Assembly: GCA_054661495.1 (NCBI GenBank)
Contig: BAAFSQ010000012.1
Coordinates: 1-32,000, forward strand
DNA: 32,000 bases
Source: Zygophlyctis sp. KS116
Taxonomy: Eukaryota > Fungi > Chytridiomycota
Reading direction: 5' to 3'
Each line of letters opens with the position of its first letter. Position 1 is the first letter of the stretch. The notes under the pieces were generated by a model. The model was given only the letters and a program-made list of their open reading frames with translations. It was not told where the DNA came from and searched no databases. Below are positions 1-14,854 of this stretch, piece by piece. The position numbers and the translations under genes are program-made.

Positions 1-277
1 GTCTTCGGACAATCTTGGAAACTTGGAAAAGCTGAGATGGAGTCCGTTGTCCGAAAAGTCTGGGTACGAACTCTTCCGTTTTATTCTTGTTGAATCTCTT
101 TGATCTGTTTTCTGATTTTAGAGTTTGTAGTTTGCTTGTAAAAACTGGGATAACCTTATAGCCCTCTTCGGACAAAGTTATAGTAAATGTAGTCGACTTT
201 GGCATTGACTGACCTTGAGATTTTTGAAGCTGATTGACCAATTCCTTTGGCAACATGAATTTGACTGGCACTAGCAT
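1..277 (-). CDS. Hypothetical protein, 5' part only (runs off the window start)
   Basis: ATG at 277 opens a stop-free frame to position 1 (MLVPVKFMLPKELVNQLQKSQ...). It is divergent from the gene at 368 across a 90-nt CGCC-containing gap. No family recognised. Confidence 0.5.
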   Translation of the reverse strand, partial: MLVPVKFMLPKELVNQLQKSQGQSMPKSTTFTITLSEEGYKVIPVFTSKLQTLKSENRSKRFNKNKTEEFVPRLFGQRTPSQLFQVSKIVRR

Positions 278-367
278 TTCACTTGATTCAATAATTTGAA
301 AGGTGGGGTGGACAAAGGTTGAGTAAGTGGGGGGTGGTTTTAACGCCGTTCGCCTTAAACTGAGTCA
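278..367. promoter_or_regulatory. Putative 90-nt bidirectional promoter with G-runs and CGCC motifs
   Basis: GGTGGGGTGG and GTGGGGGGTGG runs plus AACGCCGTTCGCC between divergent starts. Confidence 0.45.
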
Positions 368-849
368 ATGCCTCGATTCTCTCCATACAAATCAATAAAC
401 TCAAATAGATCTAATCTATATAAAAATCTCGTTAATCAATGGAAATCAGTAAACCCGTCTACTCCATTTTCTACATATGTACAGAGTCTAGAACTAGAAG
501 ATCCATTGTCCCTTGAAGAAATTTTAGAAATTGAAAAGTGTCTATTAAAGATTTGTATACTTTGTAAAAACGGGACGTTATCATCCAACAATGGCCACAT
601 ATCTTGCGATTCCTGTATTCTCACCGTTATGTTGGCTGTATTCTAATTCGTATGTATTTTAATTCGTAGACTCCAATAGAGGAATGGATTGATGGGCTGT
701 TGAGCGTTGAAAAAAGTCATCGTCTTGCATGTCCAGGTATGATACGATCAGTTTAAATTTTAGGTGATTTCTCATATGATTATGACCCAAAGGAGTATGC
801 GTTATATAGACATTGTACTGTTTGTGAGAGAATAGATCAGATTGATTAA
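368..849 (+). CDS. RPA-interacting protein (RIP/RPAIN)-like Zn-finger protein, 2 introns (638-669, 737-763)
   Basis: Spliced product has N-terminal YK..W, an acidic EILEIE segment, then CILC..ISCDSC and, after splicing, H..C and C..C. This is the layout of the RPA_interact C-terminal Zn finger. Stop TAA 847-849. Confidence 0.65.
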
Positions 850-893
850 GTTATTTTATAGAGGAAAATTTGGTTTTTGAGAAATTTATTCCA

Positions 894-2480
<1,587 letters not shown>

Positions 2481-2546
2481 TAAAATCATTAAATGCATTA
2501 AGATTAATTGTTTGTTTTAAATTTTACGTCATTGTTGATTTTGAAA

Positions 2547-4596
2547 ATGTACAATAATAGTCCAGAGGCTTCCCTGGAGAATGTTGAAAATGGATCGATA
2601 GCTGAAGAATCACTTCCAATTACACCAGTAACAGATCAAGCTCCAAAGTTACCAAACAATGAACTACCGCCCTTAGAGCAGGAATCAGTACCAGACAATC
2701 AGGAATCTGCCGATGCAGTTTTTCCATTGACATCTCCTGTTCAGAAACTATCTCATGGTCAATCTCAGCTATTGCGGAGAATATCGCCCAAAGGAGTAGC
2801 TGGATCTAGCATTAAAGGAGATCCAATTCGACGAACAACTACAACTAATGGGAATGATTGGGCACTCTCTCCACAGGGAGAAGAAATCCCCAGTAGAATT
2901 CAAAGTAGGCCAAATATGCAATCTAGTATTGAGACAAGCAGATCATCTACTACTAGTACACAAGGTCGAAGTTCCATTTTTTCGGTTTTGCCGTTTTTGG
3001 GTTCTCCGACAGTAGTCGCAAAGGAAGAGGATTCTGAAAGTGCATTTGTACTTTCTAGACTAGAAAATAATCCTCTTGATGGTTCAGAATCAACTCCCGC
3101 ACGGTGGTTAACTGGTCAATTGAAATCTGCTTTCCGATCGCTACATGATACAGTAGTTGGTGATATTTCACCAGGTGATGTAGATTGGGGTACATAAGAG
3201 ATATTAATAATTAGAATTTTGGGAAGCTCTAGTAAACAATTATGAAGCTACCGTCAGAAATCAGCCAAAATACTTCACTCAACAATTAGCAAAAGGCATT
3301 CCAGATTCTCTGAGAGGCTTGATGTGGCAGAGAATCACCAAAAGCAGTTCTGAAAGATATGTGACAATGTACAAGTCTTTAGTCACAAGGAGTTCCAAAG
3401 ACGAAAAGCTCATTATTCGAGATTTAGCACGTACATATCCAACACATCCTTATTTTAAAGATGCGGATGGAGAAGGTCAAACTTCTTTATTTAAGGTATT
3501 GAAAGCTTATTCAATTCATGATTCTGAAATTGGATATTGCCAGGGTATTGCATTTATCGTTGGGCCACTCTTATTAAATGTAAGATTAATTTTTCTCAAT
3601 TTTGCAAAGATGTCTGAAGAGGAATCTTTTTGTGTTCTTTTGCAACTTATGCGTGAATATGGATTTAGGGAACTCTACTCCCCGAAATTAATCGGATTAC
3701 AACGACGGTTGTATCAATATGAAAATGTGAGGTCTTTCTATTTTAATGACTTAGCTGCTTGAATCCAAATTCCCCAAAGTAGCTAATCATTTTGCACTTC
3801 TTGACCTGAAAGCAAACATGTATGCTTCACAATGGTATGATGAATTTTCGATTTAAATGCAAGGTTTATGACATTATTTGCTTATCGATTTCCTTTAGAG
3901 ATGGTCTTTAGAATCATGGATATTGTTATGGCAGAAGGATATGATGCAGTATTAAGATTTTCTTTAGCTTTAATCAAAACGAATCAAAATGCAATTTTGG
4001 CAATAACAGAATTTGAAGTATTGATAGATTTTCTTCAGAATGGACTTTTTGATGAATACATTGGTGATATCAATGCCTTAATATATGATGCATCACAAAT
4101 TCACATCACAAAATCTACATTGGAGGAATTAACAAAGCAGCATAATGAAATTCTTCGACTTTCATCGCCAGATTACCAGGAGGCTAAAGTCCTTAGGGAC
4201 GACAACTTGGTATTACAAGATAAACTGCAATTTTTGCAAACCGACTATGAATCAATGTGTAAGGAACACGCACTGATGCAAAACAAACTTTTAGAAATAG
4301 AAGATGAGCTGGAAAAGCGTAAAAACAGAAACGATGAGTTAGAAGGGACTGTGGAGGGATTGAGGATGGTTCTTACAGATGAAAGAAAGGGTGCAGAGGC
4401 TCAAGTTCAAATGGAAATGGATCTATTGGCACAAAAGAACATCAGATTAACAAATCAGAATGCTCAGCTCGAAGAAGAGATTGCAAGGTTTGAAAACTCT
4501 TTGGCAATTGCTAGAACTCAACAAATGACCGCAGAAGCCAAAAACGAGGAACTGAGACAGAAAATGGAAAAATTCCAGGCACTTTTAGAGCATTAA
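2547..4596 (+). CDS. TBC-domain Rab GTPase-activating protein (EVI5/Gyp5-like) with C-terminal coiled coil, 4 introns (3190-3214, 3580-3609, 3727-3754, 3835-3863)
   Basis: VDWEFW, GIPDSLRGLMW, IRDLARTYP, GYCQG, LLNMSEEESF and YASQWFMTLF motifs after splicing, followed by a coiled-coil tail. Confidence 0.93.
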
Positions 4597-4613
4597 TTAA
4601 TCTAGATTTGATT

Positions 4614-6410
4614 TTAAAAATATCCATCCAATTCTTGCTTCATTCGAGTTATTTCAATTCCTATTTCATCTAAACTCTCCTTAAGCATTTGAGCATCTTC
4701 AAACTTTCGTTTACTAGTCGCCTCCACTAAATAAGCCTCGACCTGCTTACTTTGCTCGATCAAAACTGACAATTCTTTTTTCAAACTTTGTACAGAAAGC
4801 TGTTCTTGCTCAGACAATACACGAGATTTTGAATTTTCGCCTTGTTTTTTGGGAGATGGCAGTAGCTGAAGAGTGAACATATGAGCCTGCAAAAACTGTA
4901 TTGTAGCAAAGTAAATATTATCTTCTAATTTACGCACCCCACCCAGTGATGATGTTGAAGAACTTGCCCGTATCTGTTTAGAAATTTTGTCAATATCGGC
5001 AAAACAATCCAATAGTTCCTGGCGACGTTTTACAGCGATTTGATAATTTGTGTCATTTATAGAAAATGATTTACTAGAGCTATACAGTTAATATCATCTT
5101 ATAGTAAAACCTTAATTTTAGAAGCAAGGAATTAAAATCCGGAAGAAGAGAAAGTGCCTTTTGTTTACTTTCCACCAGCTCCTAGAAGATTACTGAAACG
5201 GTCAAATCACCTTGTATAGCATAAATACCAGAGGATCATCAGCCTTTTTCATTTTATTTCCTCTTTAATATGAGAAACATTATTCAAAATACCTATTTAT
5301 AGTAGTTTTACAATTTTTACATGCTCTTAGAGACACTTGAATTTCTTTCTCACTAGGCAAAATAATTGGATTAGAGCAAATACTAGATCCACAAATAACT
5401 TTTCCACAGAGCCTACAGTGATGTTTTCTTCTTAAAAAATTAAAATATGTCCTAAGTTTAATAAGCCAATATAAAGCTTATTACCTACAAATACGACATC
5501 TATCTACATCATCATCTTTTTCCCATGGGACTAGTGATTTTTCCAATTCTAAACGTCTTATTAAACAAAAAAATCACCTCTAGTAGGACCAGCAAAAATA
5601 GATAAAGTTGATTCAGATCCTTGATACTTTTCTTGTGAACAAAGAGACTTAAATTTATCAAATCTCTTTTCCAATAAATTATAATCCAATAAAATCCTTT
5701 CAACCTTTACATGTCTTAATTTTGTAAATAATTCAGTCCAATTCCTATAATGACCTATCTTAAGAGTATAAATAATACCATTTGTATCATTATAACCTTC
5801 CCTTCTCTTATAACACGCTTCACAAACTCTACTCCATCTTCCATTTTCAGGATCATGAACTCCATGAACATCTACTTTTAATTCAAATGGAACATGAGCA
5901 TCACAGTACCAATTTTCACATCTAAATTGAGTTTTAAATCTATTACAGTAAACAATTGACTTTTCCGTATAATAAGCCTAGAGTCTTGCTACACTTTGTA
6001 CAACCAGTCTGCTCCTTTTCTCCATTTTTAGGAGCATTCGATGTTAGCAGTGACATGAATCCTATTGACGATGATGATCCAGAATTCAAATTTGATGTTG
6101 AATCATAATTAGATTCAGATCGCTTTAAAACTCGTTCCTTTATCCCTAAAAAACTTTGAGCCTTTTCTTTCTCATTAATATTCTTTAATGGCCTTGTCGG
6201 CTTCATAAACCAATCCCTGATAAATTCCTTTGGCTGCTTTTCCTCCGTGTGCAGATCATCCAAGTGCTGATTAAGTTGCGCAATTGAAATCATTTCTTCT
6301 TGGCATATCGGGCATGAAACCGGATGATTCAAACTCTCATGGGAAGGACTTGATGTTAATTTTGTCTTCTTTGGGGGAAGAGGAGCAGACGATTGTCTAT
6401 TATGAGACAT
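4614..6410 (-). CDS. PEP7: Pep7/Vac1 (rabenosyn-5)-like FYVE protein, 7 introns (5922-5946, 5755-5778, 5549-5577, 5452-5484, 5263-5292, 5182-5210, 5080-5110)
   Basis: N-terminal C2H2 finger (CPIC..LNQHLDDLH), a degenerate FYVE (RVCEACY), a canonical FYVE (WEKDD..CRIC..RRKHHCRLCG) and a C-terminal Rbsn motif (KRKFEDAQMLKESLDEI). Confidence 0.92.
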
Positions 6411-6411
6411 A

Positions 6412-7008
6412 TTAAAACCCACTCGCCGCCTCCTTGGCGCTCTGAAGACTCTTGCTTCTTTCAAGTTCAAAATAAACTTGCGCACACATTTCAGTATCTA
6501 CATCTGCAGTATGTATATTATCAGGAACTTTCTGTCCTGTAAGTTTTTGATAAGCATCAGATAATCTATTAATTTTAGCAAAACATGAATACTTTAACTG
6601 TTTTCCATAAATCCCTCTTAATTCATTCATTGTACAAACTTTACTTTTTTCTGACCATATATTAGATAGACTATCATTCTCCAATCTATTTAATTCACTT
6701 TTAATCATTCGATCATCAAAATTCATATTATGAGCAATTACTAAATCCGATCTTAATAATGCAAGTCTGAATTTATCTAGAATAATACCTCTTTCTATTC
6801 CTCTTTCATTTGCTATTTTAGTAGTAATACCATGTATTTTTGAAGAATTATGGCTAATTTTAAAATCTGTTGGTTTGATTATAAAGCAATTTGAAGAAAT
6901 TAGATTATAAGAGTCTTTTGAATAGAGTTGCCAAGCAATTTGTACAATTCTGTCAAGCCGGGTTAGTCCGGTAGTTTCAGTGTCTAAAAACATTAAGAGT
7001 CCCTTCAT
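6412..7008 (-). CDS. DEDDh 3'-5' exonuclease (DnaQ/Pol III epsilon-like); probable in-frame 27-nt intron 6566-6592
   Basis: ExoI LDTETTGL, ExoII IAHNMNFD, CTM and ExoIII HTADVD motifs. Removing GTATTC...AATAG gives QLKLSDAY. Confidence 0.9.
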   Translation of the reverse strand: MKGLLMFLDTETTGLTRLDRIVQIAWQLYSKDSYNLISSNCFIIKPTDFKISHNSSKIHGITTKIANERGIERGIILDKFRLALLRSDLVIAHNMNFDDRMIKSELNRLENDSLSNIWSEKSKVCTMNELRGIYGKQLKYSCFAKINRLSDAYQKLTGQKVPDNIHTADVDTEMCAQVYFELERSKSLQSAKEAASGF

Positions 7009-7183
7009 TTTATTGTTAATCGGACGTTTAGATTTTCTGATTAATTAACGATTTGATTATTTGACCTTGATTAATACTAGTGTTATTCAATGATTGTAGC
7101 AGTGATATTCTAAACGGTTGGCGGCCGATGGATCAGTCAATGGCAGTCAATGGATCAAAAGGCAAATTTGAAATTACAAAAGA

Positions 7184-7778
7184 ATGAAAGTCTCTTCAGG
7201 ATCTAAAAAGTCTGGACAAAAACATCAAAACTCTTTTGCCTTTGTTCCCTCAAAGCATTCATCAAAGGCAGTCAACATTGCTGCACAACCGACATTCGGA
7301 GGTAATCTGCTTATTCTTATCAGTAGTCTGCAAAAGATGCTATGAAATCATTGAATGGAAAAAGAAAATGTCCAAATACAAGCCTTTAACTCAACCAAAG
7401 ACTTGTGCTAGCTGTAAAAGGAAATCAGTCAGGGATGCTTATCATGTTTTTTGTAAAGATTGTGCATCAGACAAGAAAGTCTGTGCTAAATGTAATCTTT
7501 CAAATGATTTACATATTGGGTACTTTATTACTTATTAAATTTAAAGAGACAAGGAAGCTAAACTCGTCCAAAAAAGTGAAGATTCTCAAACTTTATCTTC
7601 TAATTTACAATTACTGACAATGTTAAATGAAAGACAAAAGAGATCATTTAGAAGAAAGTTGGAAAATGGAGATCAAGAAGGGGCTAATAGAATTCTAGAA
7701 CATGCCTTAAATATTAAGAATGGGGTTTCAGATGATGATTTCTCTGATGATGGATTTGATAGTTTATCAGACGATTAA
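7184..7778 (+). CDS. C9orf85/DUF2039-like Cys-rich protein, 2 introns (7302-7326, 7520-7546)
   Basis: QKHQNSFAF, GVCKRCYEIIEWKKKMSKYKPLT, C..C..AYH..C..C..C..C and an acidic tail. Confidence 0.85.
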
Positions 7779-7811
7779 GAGTCTCATCTTTAAATAAAGT
7801 CAGTTTTTTAT

Positions 7812-8449
7812 TTAGGCACATACTTCCATTTTCTTTTCTCGAACCATTTTAGCATGATCGGCATGAGCCTTGAGTCGTTGTTTAATAACAGATTCTCGAT
7901 TCTTTCGACGATCTTCAGCTGCATTCATTTTAGCTAAAAGAGAGGTATAAAAAAGATTTTGATCTTTTTGAGATAATTGGTAAACTCTAAAGTATTAGTA
8001 AACAAAAATTACTCTTGGATTACATGGATATTATGATCTTCCAATTTCTTCAATCTAGATTCGACTGCTTTTTCTTTAATAAAGGAAGCATTTCTTAATT
8101 TAGACTCGAGTTGAGCAAGGCTTTGAGTAACTTTAACGGCGTGTTGTTCTTTAGTCTTTGAGGCGATTTCCTTGGCGTGGACAACAATGTTACGTGCCTT
8201 TAAGATTTTAGATTCGACAACAGACTAAAAGATCAGATTATAATAAACTTGCATTCTTTCTTTGATTGGCAAGATCTAATTTTCTCAAGATATTTTCCTT
8301 GTCAAGAAGATTCTTACTTGAAGATTACAGATCAAAACTTACACCTTGTTGTTGATCATTATTTTTTCAGCAATTGATTTTGGGATCATTGATGGAGCCT
8401 TGTCTGCGATCTCAATCTCAAATGCAATAGATTTCTTTACAGATTCCAT
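7812..8449 (-). CDS. Stathmin-like helical protein (about 185 aa), 3 introns (8317-8342, GC-AG 8225-8252, 7987-8012); missed by the ORF track
   Basis: Spliced ORF: MESVKKSIAFEIEI...RKLDLANQRKN...KMNAAEDRRKNRESVIKQRLKAHADHAKMVREKK. It resembles the stathmin AFELIL, KLEAAEERRK and ERLREKDKHIEEVRKNK motifs. Confidence 0.65.
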
Positions 8450-8480
8450 CTCTCAAGTATTACAGACGCTTATAAGCGCG

Positions 8481-8494
8481 TGACGTCATCGCTG
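8481..8494. promoter_or_regulatory. CRE-like palindrome TGACGTCA followed by TCGCTG, 32 nt upstream of the stathmin-like ATG
   Basis: Perfect ATF/CREB-type palindrome in an 81-nt gap. The 11-mer ACGTCATCGCT recurs at 28646-28656. Confidence 0.5.
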
Positions 8495-8530
8495 TAGTAA
8501 TCTTTAGATTGTATTTTATTCCATCTACTC

Positions 8531-10525
<1,995 letters not shown>

Positions 10526-10536
10526 TTACAAGGCCA

Positions 10537-12779
10537 TCAAACCCAGACCTTCTTCTTCTTCTTCTTCTTTGAAGATAACTTTTTCCATTTGTCAGTGTTC
10601 ATGTTTGGATCAATTAATCTTTCTTGTAGCATTTTATCAAAGAATATCTTTTTTTGTTTGTCCCATTTCTTTTGTAATTTGTTTTCGTGATAAATTCTAA
10701 TAACTTCACCGGCACTCTTTAGATGGATAGGATTCTTGGGAATTTGAGCAATCTTGTTTTTCGCATCAAAACATGCTATAAATCCCACTTCTAGTTCTTT
10801 AGTATTCTTTGATGCAATAATAGAGGAAGGCATGGAGTTTGAGATACGTAGAGCTGGATCAGAATCTAAACAGTGAACGCCTTCCTCGCCAAAATAATCA
10901 TGTCTTTTTAGTTTTCCTATTACCACTTGTACAGCATTTTCTTTTTCTGGTGTTTTGATTGCTCTAGTGACAACGGCTTCACCGTTTCTAATTATGCAGA
11001 AATTGTTTGATGGGTCGCCTTGGGCAATAACAAAAGTTCCAGGCTGGAATTTTTTCCATTCCATCACTTGTGCAACTGATTTGAGAGCTGCAACGTTAAA
11101 TTCAGCTAAAAGGGGGAATTTTTTGAGGAAAAGTATCTTCTCCTTGAGTTCTTTTTCATAAGTGAATTTAACTATGCGGTTAAAATCAGCACGATCAATA
11201 TAAACCAGCTGACAAAAATCTACTGATAATATAGTAGCTGCTCTAGGCTCATCATTTGCTAAAGCCAATTCTCCAAATCCGTCACTATAATTAAAATGAA
11301 TTCAATATTACCCAGCATGCAATTTTACGACTTCTCTGCTGTCTTCAATTCTTCCAGTTTTTGAAACTTGTACAGAAACATTTCCTGACAATATAATATA
11401 CCAAGCTGTTCCGAAATCACCTTGCTTGAAAATTGCACGATGAGACTCATACTCTTGAAGCACTAATGCTCCAACAACTTCACCAAGGGTAAAGTCACTT
11501 AGCTTCTTGAAAGCTTTAAAATCTCGAAACACTTTAAATAGAATGCTTTTCTCTTCAGAGCTTCTATCCAAGGGAATCTTTTGTAGAATATTTCCATATT
11601 CTGGATGCTGATCTGTAAATTTTGGAGTTTCCACATTACCAGCGGAAATCAAAGAGCCTTTTATATTCTTGGATGCAAATGTTGACATTCGCCTAAATTT
11701 ATTTGGAATCTGATCAATTTAAGAAAAATATTATACCTCTGAAAACCGCTTTGCTTGTTGTAGCTGTGGAATTACCTTTACTGATTTATCAATGGCAGAT
11801 TCTTATTTTTAATTTACTACAAATCACCTCGTTTTGGTGAAACCTTAGCTGGGGCTAGAGATATCATTTTCTGATTTCCTAAATCTCGTAGTTTCACATA
11901 ATCTCTAATAAAATCTTGAACCGAAAATGATTTAGAGTCCCATATTTGATCTTGTGTTTTTTTCTCCATTTTCCAATCAGCTAATGATTTAGGACCTTTG
12001 AATCTATGGCTTGCTAATAGTGGAGAATTTTGAAGGAAATCAACAGCGATTTTTGCTTTATCAATTTCAGTTTGTTTCTGTATTTTTTTCTTTGGTTCTT
12101 TTGTATCATTTTGTACAGTACTGCCGGTATGCGGTCTTGAGGGACTACTCTTGTAAACTGATTCATTATCTTCCTTGTTTGGAATTTTTGGTCGAATGGG
12201 ATTATTACCAGACAATGAAGGAGTTATGGACCTTTTTGAACTTGCAGTTTGAGGCCTGTAAAGAGTTCCACTATCACTAGTATTCGGCCTTGAGGGATCG
12301 CGATGCAAAATATGACCAACCTGTTTCATAAACCGCTCATGTAATATATCTGGATTTTCTTCAAATCTAACTGTGAAATAATCCATCGAGATTTCTTTGA
12401 CTATCTCATTTTTTTCTTGATCGCTCTCTGCTAGTAGTTTTTCCAAGTCAACTATAGGCTGATGCGATCGTTCTGCCAGACCATTTTCTTCCAAAAAGTC
12501 TTGAGTTACTTTATATACCTTTTGAGCATTTATATCTGATCCATCCCTATGTGATGATATCTGTCTATTTCGCAATATCTTATTTTTATGCGAATTATTT
12601 AATTCAAAAATATCTTCTGAAGTATCAACTGATTCATATTTGGAAGCATTGACTTTCTTCTTTTGATTAGATGCATGAAATGGATTGCGCAATAAACTTC
12701 TCGAGTATCCATTTAAAACGTAGGCCTGTGGAAGGAGAATATCATCGTTTATATTTTGAAGTGGCTGATCATGATCCAT
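10537..12779 (-). CDS. Protein with two cyclic-nucleotide-binding domains and a disordered N-terminus (CNBD2-like), 3 introns (11802-11827, 11710-11736, 11285-11311)
   Basis: IFKQGD..WYIILSG, GDGFGELAL..PRAAT, then a second domain IAQGD..FCIIRNG..DYFGEEG. Confidence 0.88.
10549..10569 (-). repeat. (AAG)7 microsatellite encoding the poly-Lys C-terminus of the CNBD protein
   Basis: (ctt)7 on the + strand. Confidence 0.85.
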
Positions 12780-12878
12780 GGTACAGTATCAGATAGAGCA
12801 AGTAAATCGCCTAATTTCCGTAAACTCTACGCCTGCTGATTACGTAAGTGTGTCAGCACTTCATAAACAAACAAAAAT
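12780..12878. promoter_or_regulatory. Putative 99-nt bidirectional promoter (CNBD protein / fimbrin)
   Basis: Gap between divergent ATGs, containing TCGCC, TACGCC and the palindrome TTACGTAA (12840-12847). Confidence 0.55.
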
Positions 12879-14847
12879 ATGTCAGTCAATGAACTAGCTA
12901 CTCGTTATCCTTACTTCAATGCAAATGAGATTTCAGCCTTTCAACAGCAATTTAGTAGTTTTGATAAGGGAAACACTGGGAAAATCCATCCTAGAGATAT
13001 GGCTCCAATTGCAACAAAGGCAGGAGAGAGTTATCAAGTGCTTACATCTAAATTTTCAGCAATGAGCTTATCTGATGATAATGGGAATGTTGGATTTGAA
13101 GACTTTTTAAAGGCAATATCAGCATTGCGCCAAGAGAAAGGGGCAAAAAAGGCAACTGGCGATAAAATCATTCTGCATGGACACAGTGAGAATGTACTTC
13201 ATACTATAAATGAAGATGAAAAAGAGTCATTTATCGTTCACATAAATCAAGAGTTGGCCAATGATAAGCATTTGCAAAATCGTGTTCCTATCGATAAAAC
13301 TAGCATGCAACTGTTTGCCGAATGCAAGGATGGATTGATTTTAGCAAAGCTTATCAATGCTTCTGTTTCAAATACAATCGATGAGCGTGTGCTCAATTTG
13401 AATGGAAATTCATCTCTGTTTAAAATGACAGAAAATGGAAATGTTGTTATAAACTCTGCCAAGGCCATCGGATGCTCCGTAGTAAATATTGGGGCTCAGG
13501 ACTTGATTGATGGGAGAGAACATTTGATTTTAGGATTAATCTGGCAGATTATAAAAATTGGACTTCAAGCGCATATTAACATTGTTAATCATCCAGAATT
13601 ATTTAGACTACTGGAAACAGGAGAAACTTTAGAGTCGTTTTTAAGATTACCACCTGATCAGATTTTACTGAGATGGTTTAATTATCATTTGAAAAAGGCT
13701 GGATGGCATAGAAAGGTTGCAAACTTTGGGAATGATGTGAAGGTACATTTAAATGCAAAGAATTAATTGTTAGGATGGTGAAAATTATACTATTCTTCTC
13801 AATCAATTATCGCCAAGTCTTTGCACAAAAGCCCCTCTTCAGACATCAGATCTTTTGGAAAGGGCAGAGCAAGTTTTGCAAAACGCAGATAAATTAGGCT
13901 GCAGAAAGTATCTCAAACCAAAAACATTAGTCGAGGGAAATACCAAACTAAATTTCGCTTTTGTAGCCAATCTTTTCAATATATGTCCTGGTTTGGAACC
14001 ATTGACTGTAGCAGAAAAATCTACTTTGGATGAATGGCTTTTCAAATCTGAAGGAGATCGAGAGGCTCGAGCATTTGCTTTGTGGTTAAATAGCTTAGAT
14101 GTGGATCCTTTTGTTTACAGTCTAAATAATGATTTATCAGTAATATTTTGGTATGTTTAACAATTAGGATGGGCTTGTTTTGCTGCAAGCTTTTGATAAA
14201 ATCAAACCAGGATTAGTAGAATGGAAAAAAGTCAACAAAAATACTCCAATAACTAGCCGTTTCAAGCAGGTGGAAAATTCCAATTACGCAGTTTTGTTGG
14301 GAAAGAGTCTCAAGTTCACGTTGGTAGGAATTCAAGGTTCAGATATAGTTGATGGAAACAAGACTTTAACGCTTGGTTTAGTTTGGCAGATGATGCGTGA
14401 GCACATCATTCAGACACTTAAATCTCTCACCAAAGATGGGAAGGATATCACTGAAGCAGATATGATTAAATGGGCGAATGAGACAGTCAAAAAAGCGGGG
14501 AAAAATGAAACTATTTCAAATTTCAAGGATGGTTCTCTTAGATCAGGAATTTACTTGTTACATCTTTTGGATGGAATTAAAAAAGGCACCGTAGATCATG
14601 ATACGGTTACAAAAGGTGTATCCGGTAAAAATCGTTCAAATTCTAATACGTAGATTCTGATGCCAAGATGAATGCCAAATATGCTATTTCTATAGCTCGA
14701 AAGCTTGGTGCAACTATTTTTGTACTTCCAGAGGATATCGTTGAAGTCAAATCCAAAATGGTAATAATTTAGTCTTAATTTGAATAGATTTTAACATTTA
14801 TCGGAACACTGATGGCATTAGATCGATCAGGTGTTTTACGGGAATAA
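12879..14847 (+). CDS. SAC6: Fimbrin/plastin (EF-hand plus four CH domains), 4 introns (13743-13773, 14140-14167, 14625-14653, 14761-14787)
   Basis: [65 protein letters not shown] and KMILTF motifs. Confidence 0.97.
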
Positions 14848-14854
14848 ATAAGAA

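Noticed and set aside
302-337. G-quadruplex in the first divergent gap
   Set aside because: Only two runs of 3 or more G; the other runs are GG. Too weak to call.
6411-6485. N-terminal extension of PEP7 from the GTG at 6485, or an exonuclease-PEP7 fusion
   Set aside because: Non-ATG start inside the exonuclease CDS, and I found no convincing tiny intron joining the two frames. Not fully excludable without RNA data.
7302-7323. 22-nt intron using the upstream CAG of a CAGTAG tandem acceptor
   Set aside because: The 25-nt version gives the conserved G-V-C spacing and fits the length distribution. The 22-nt form is possible only as a NAGNAG variant.
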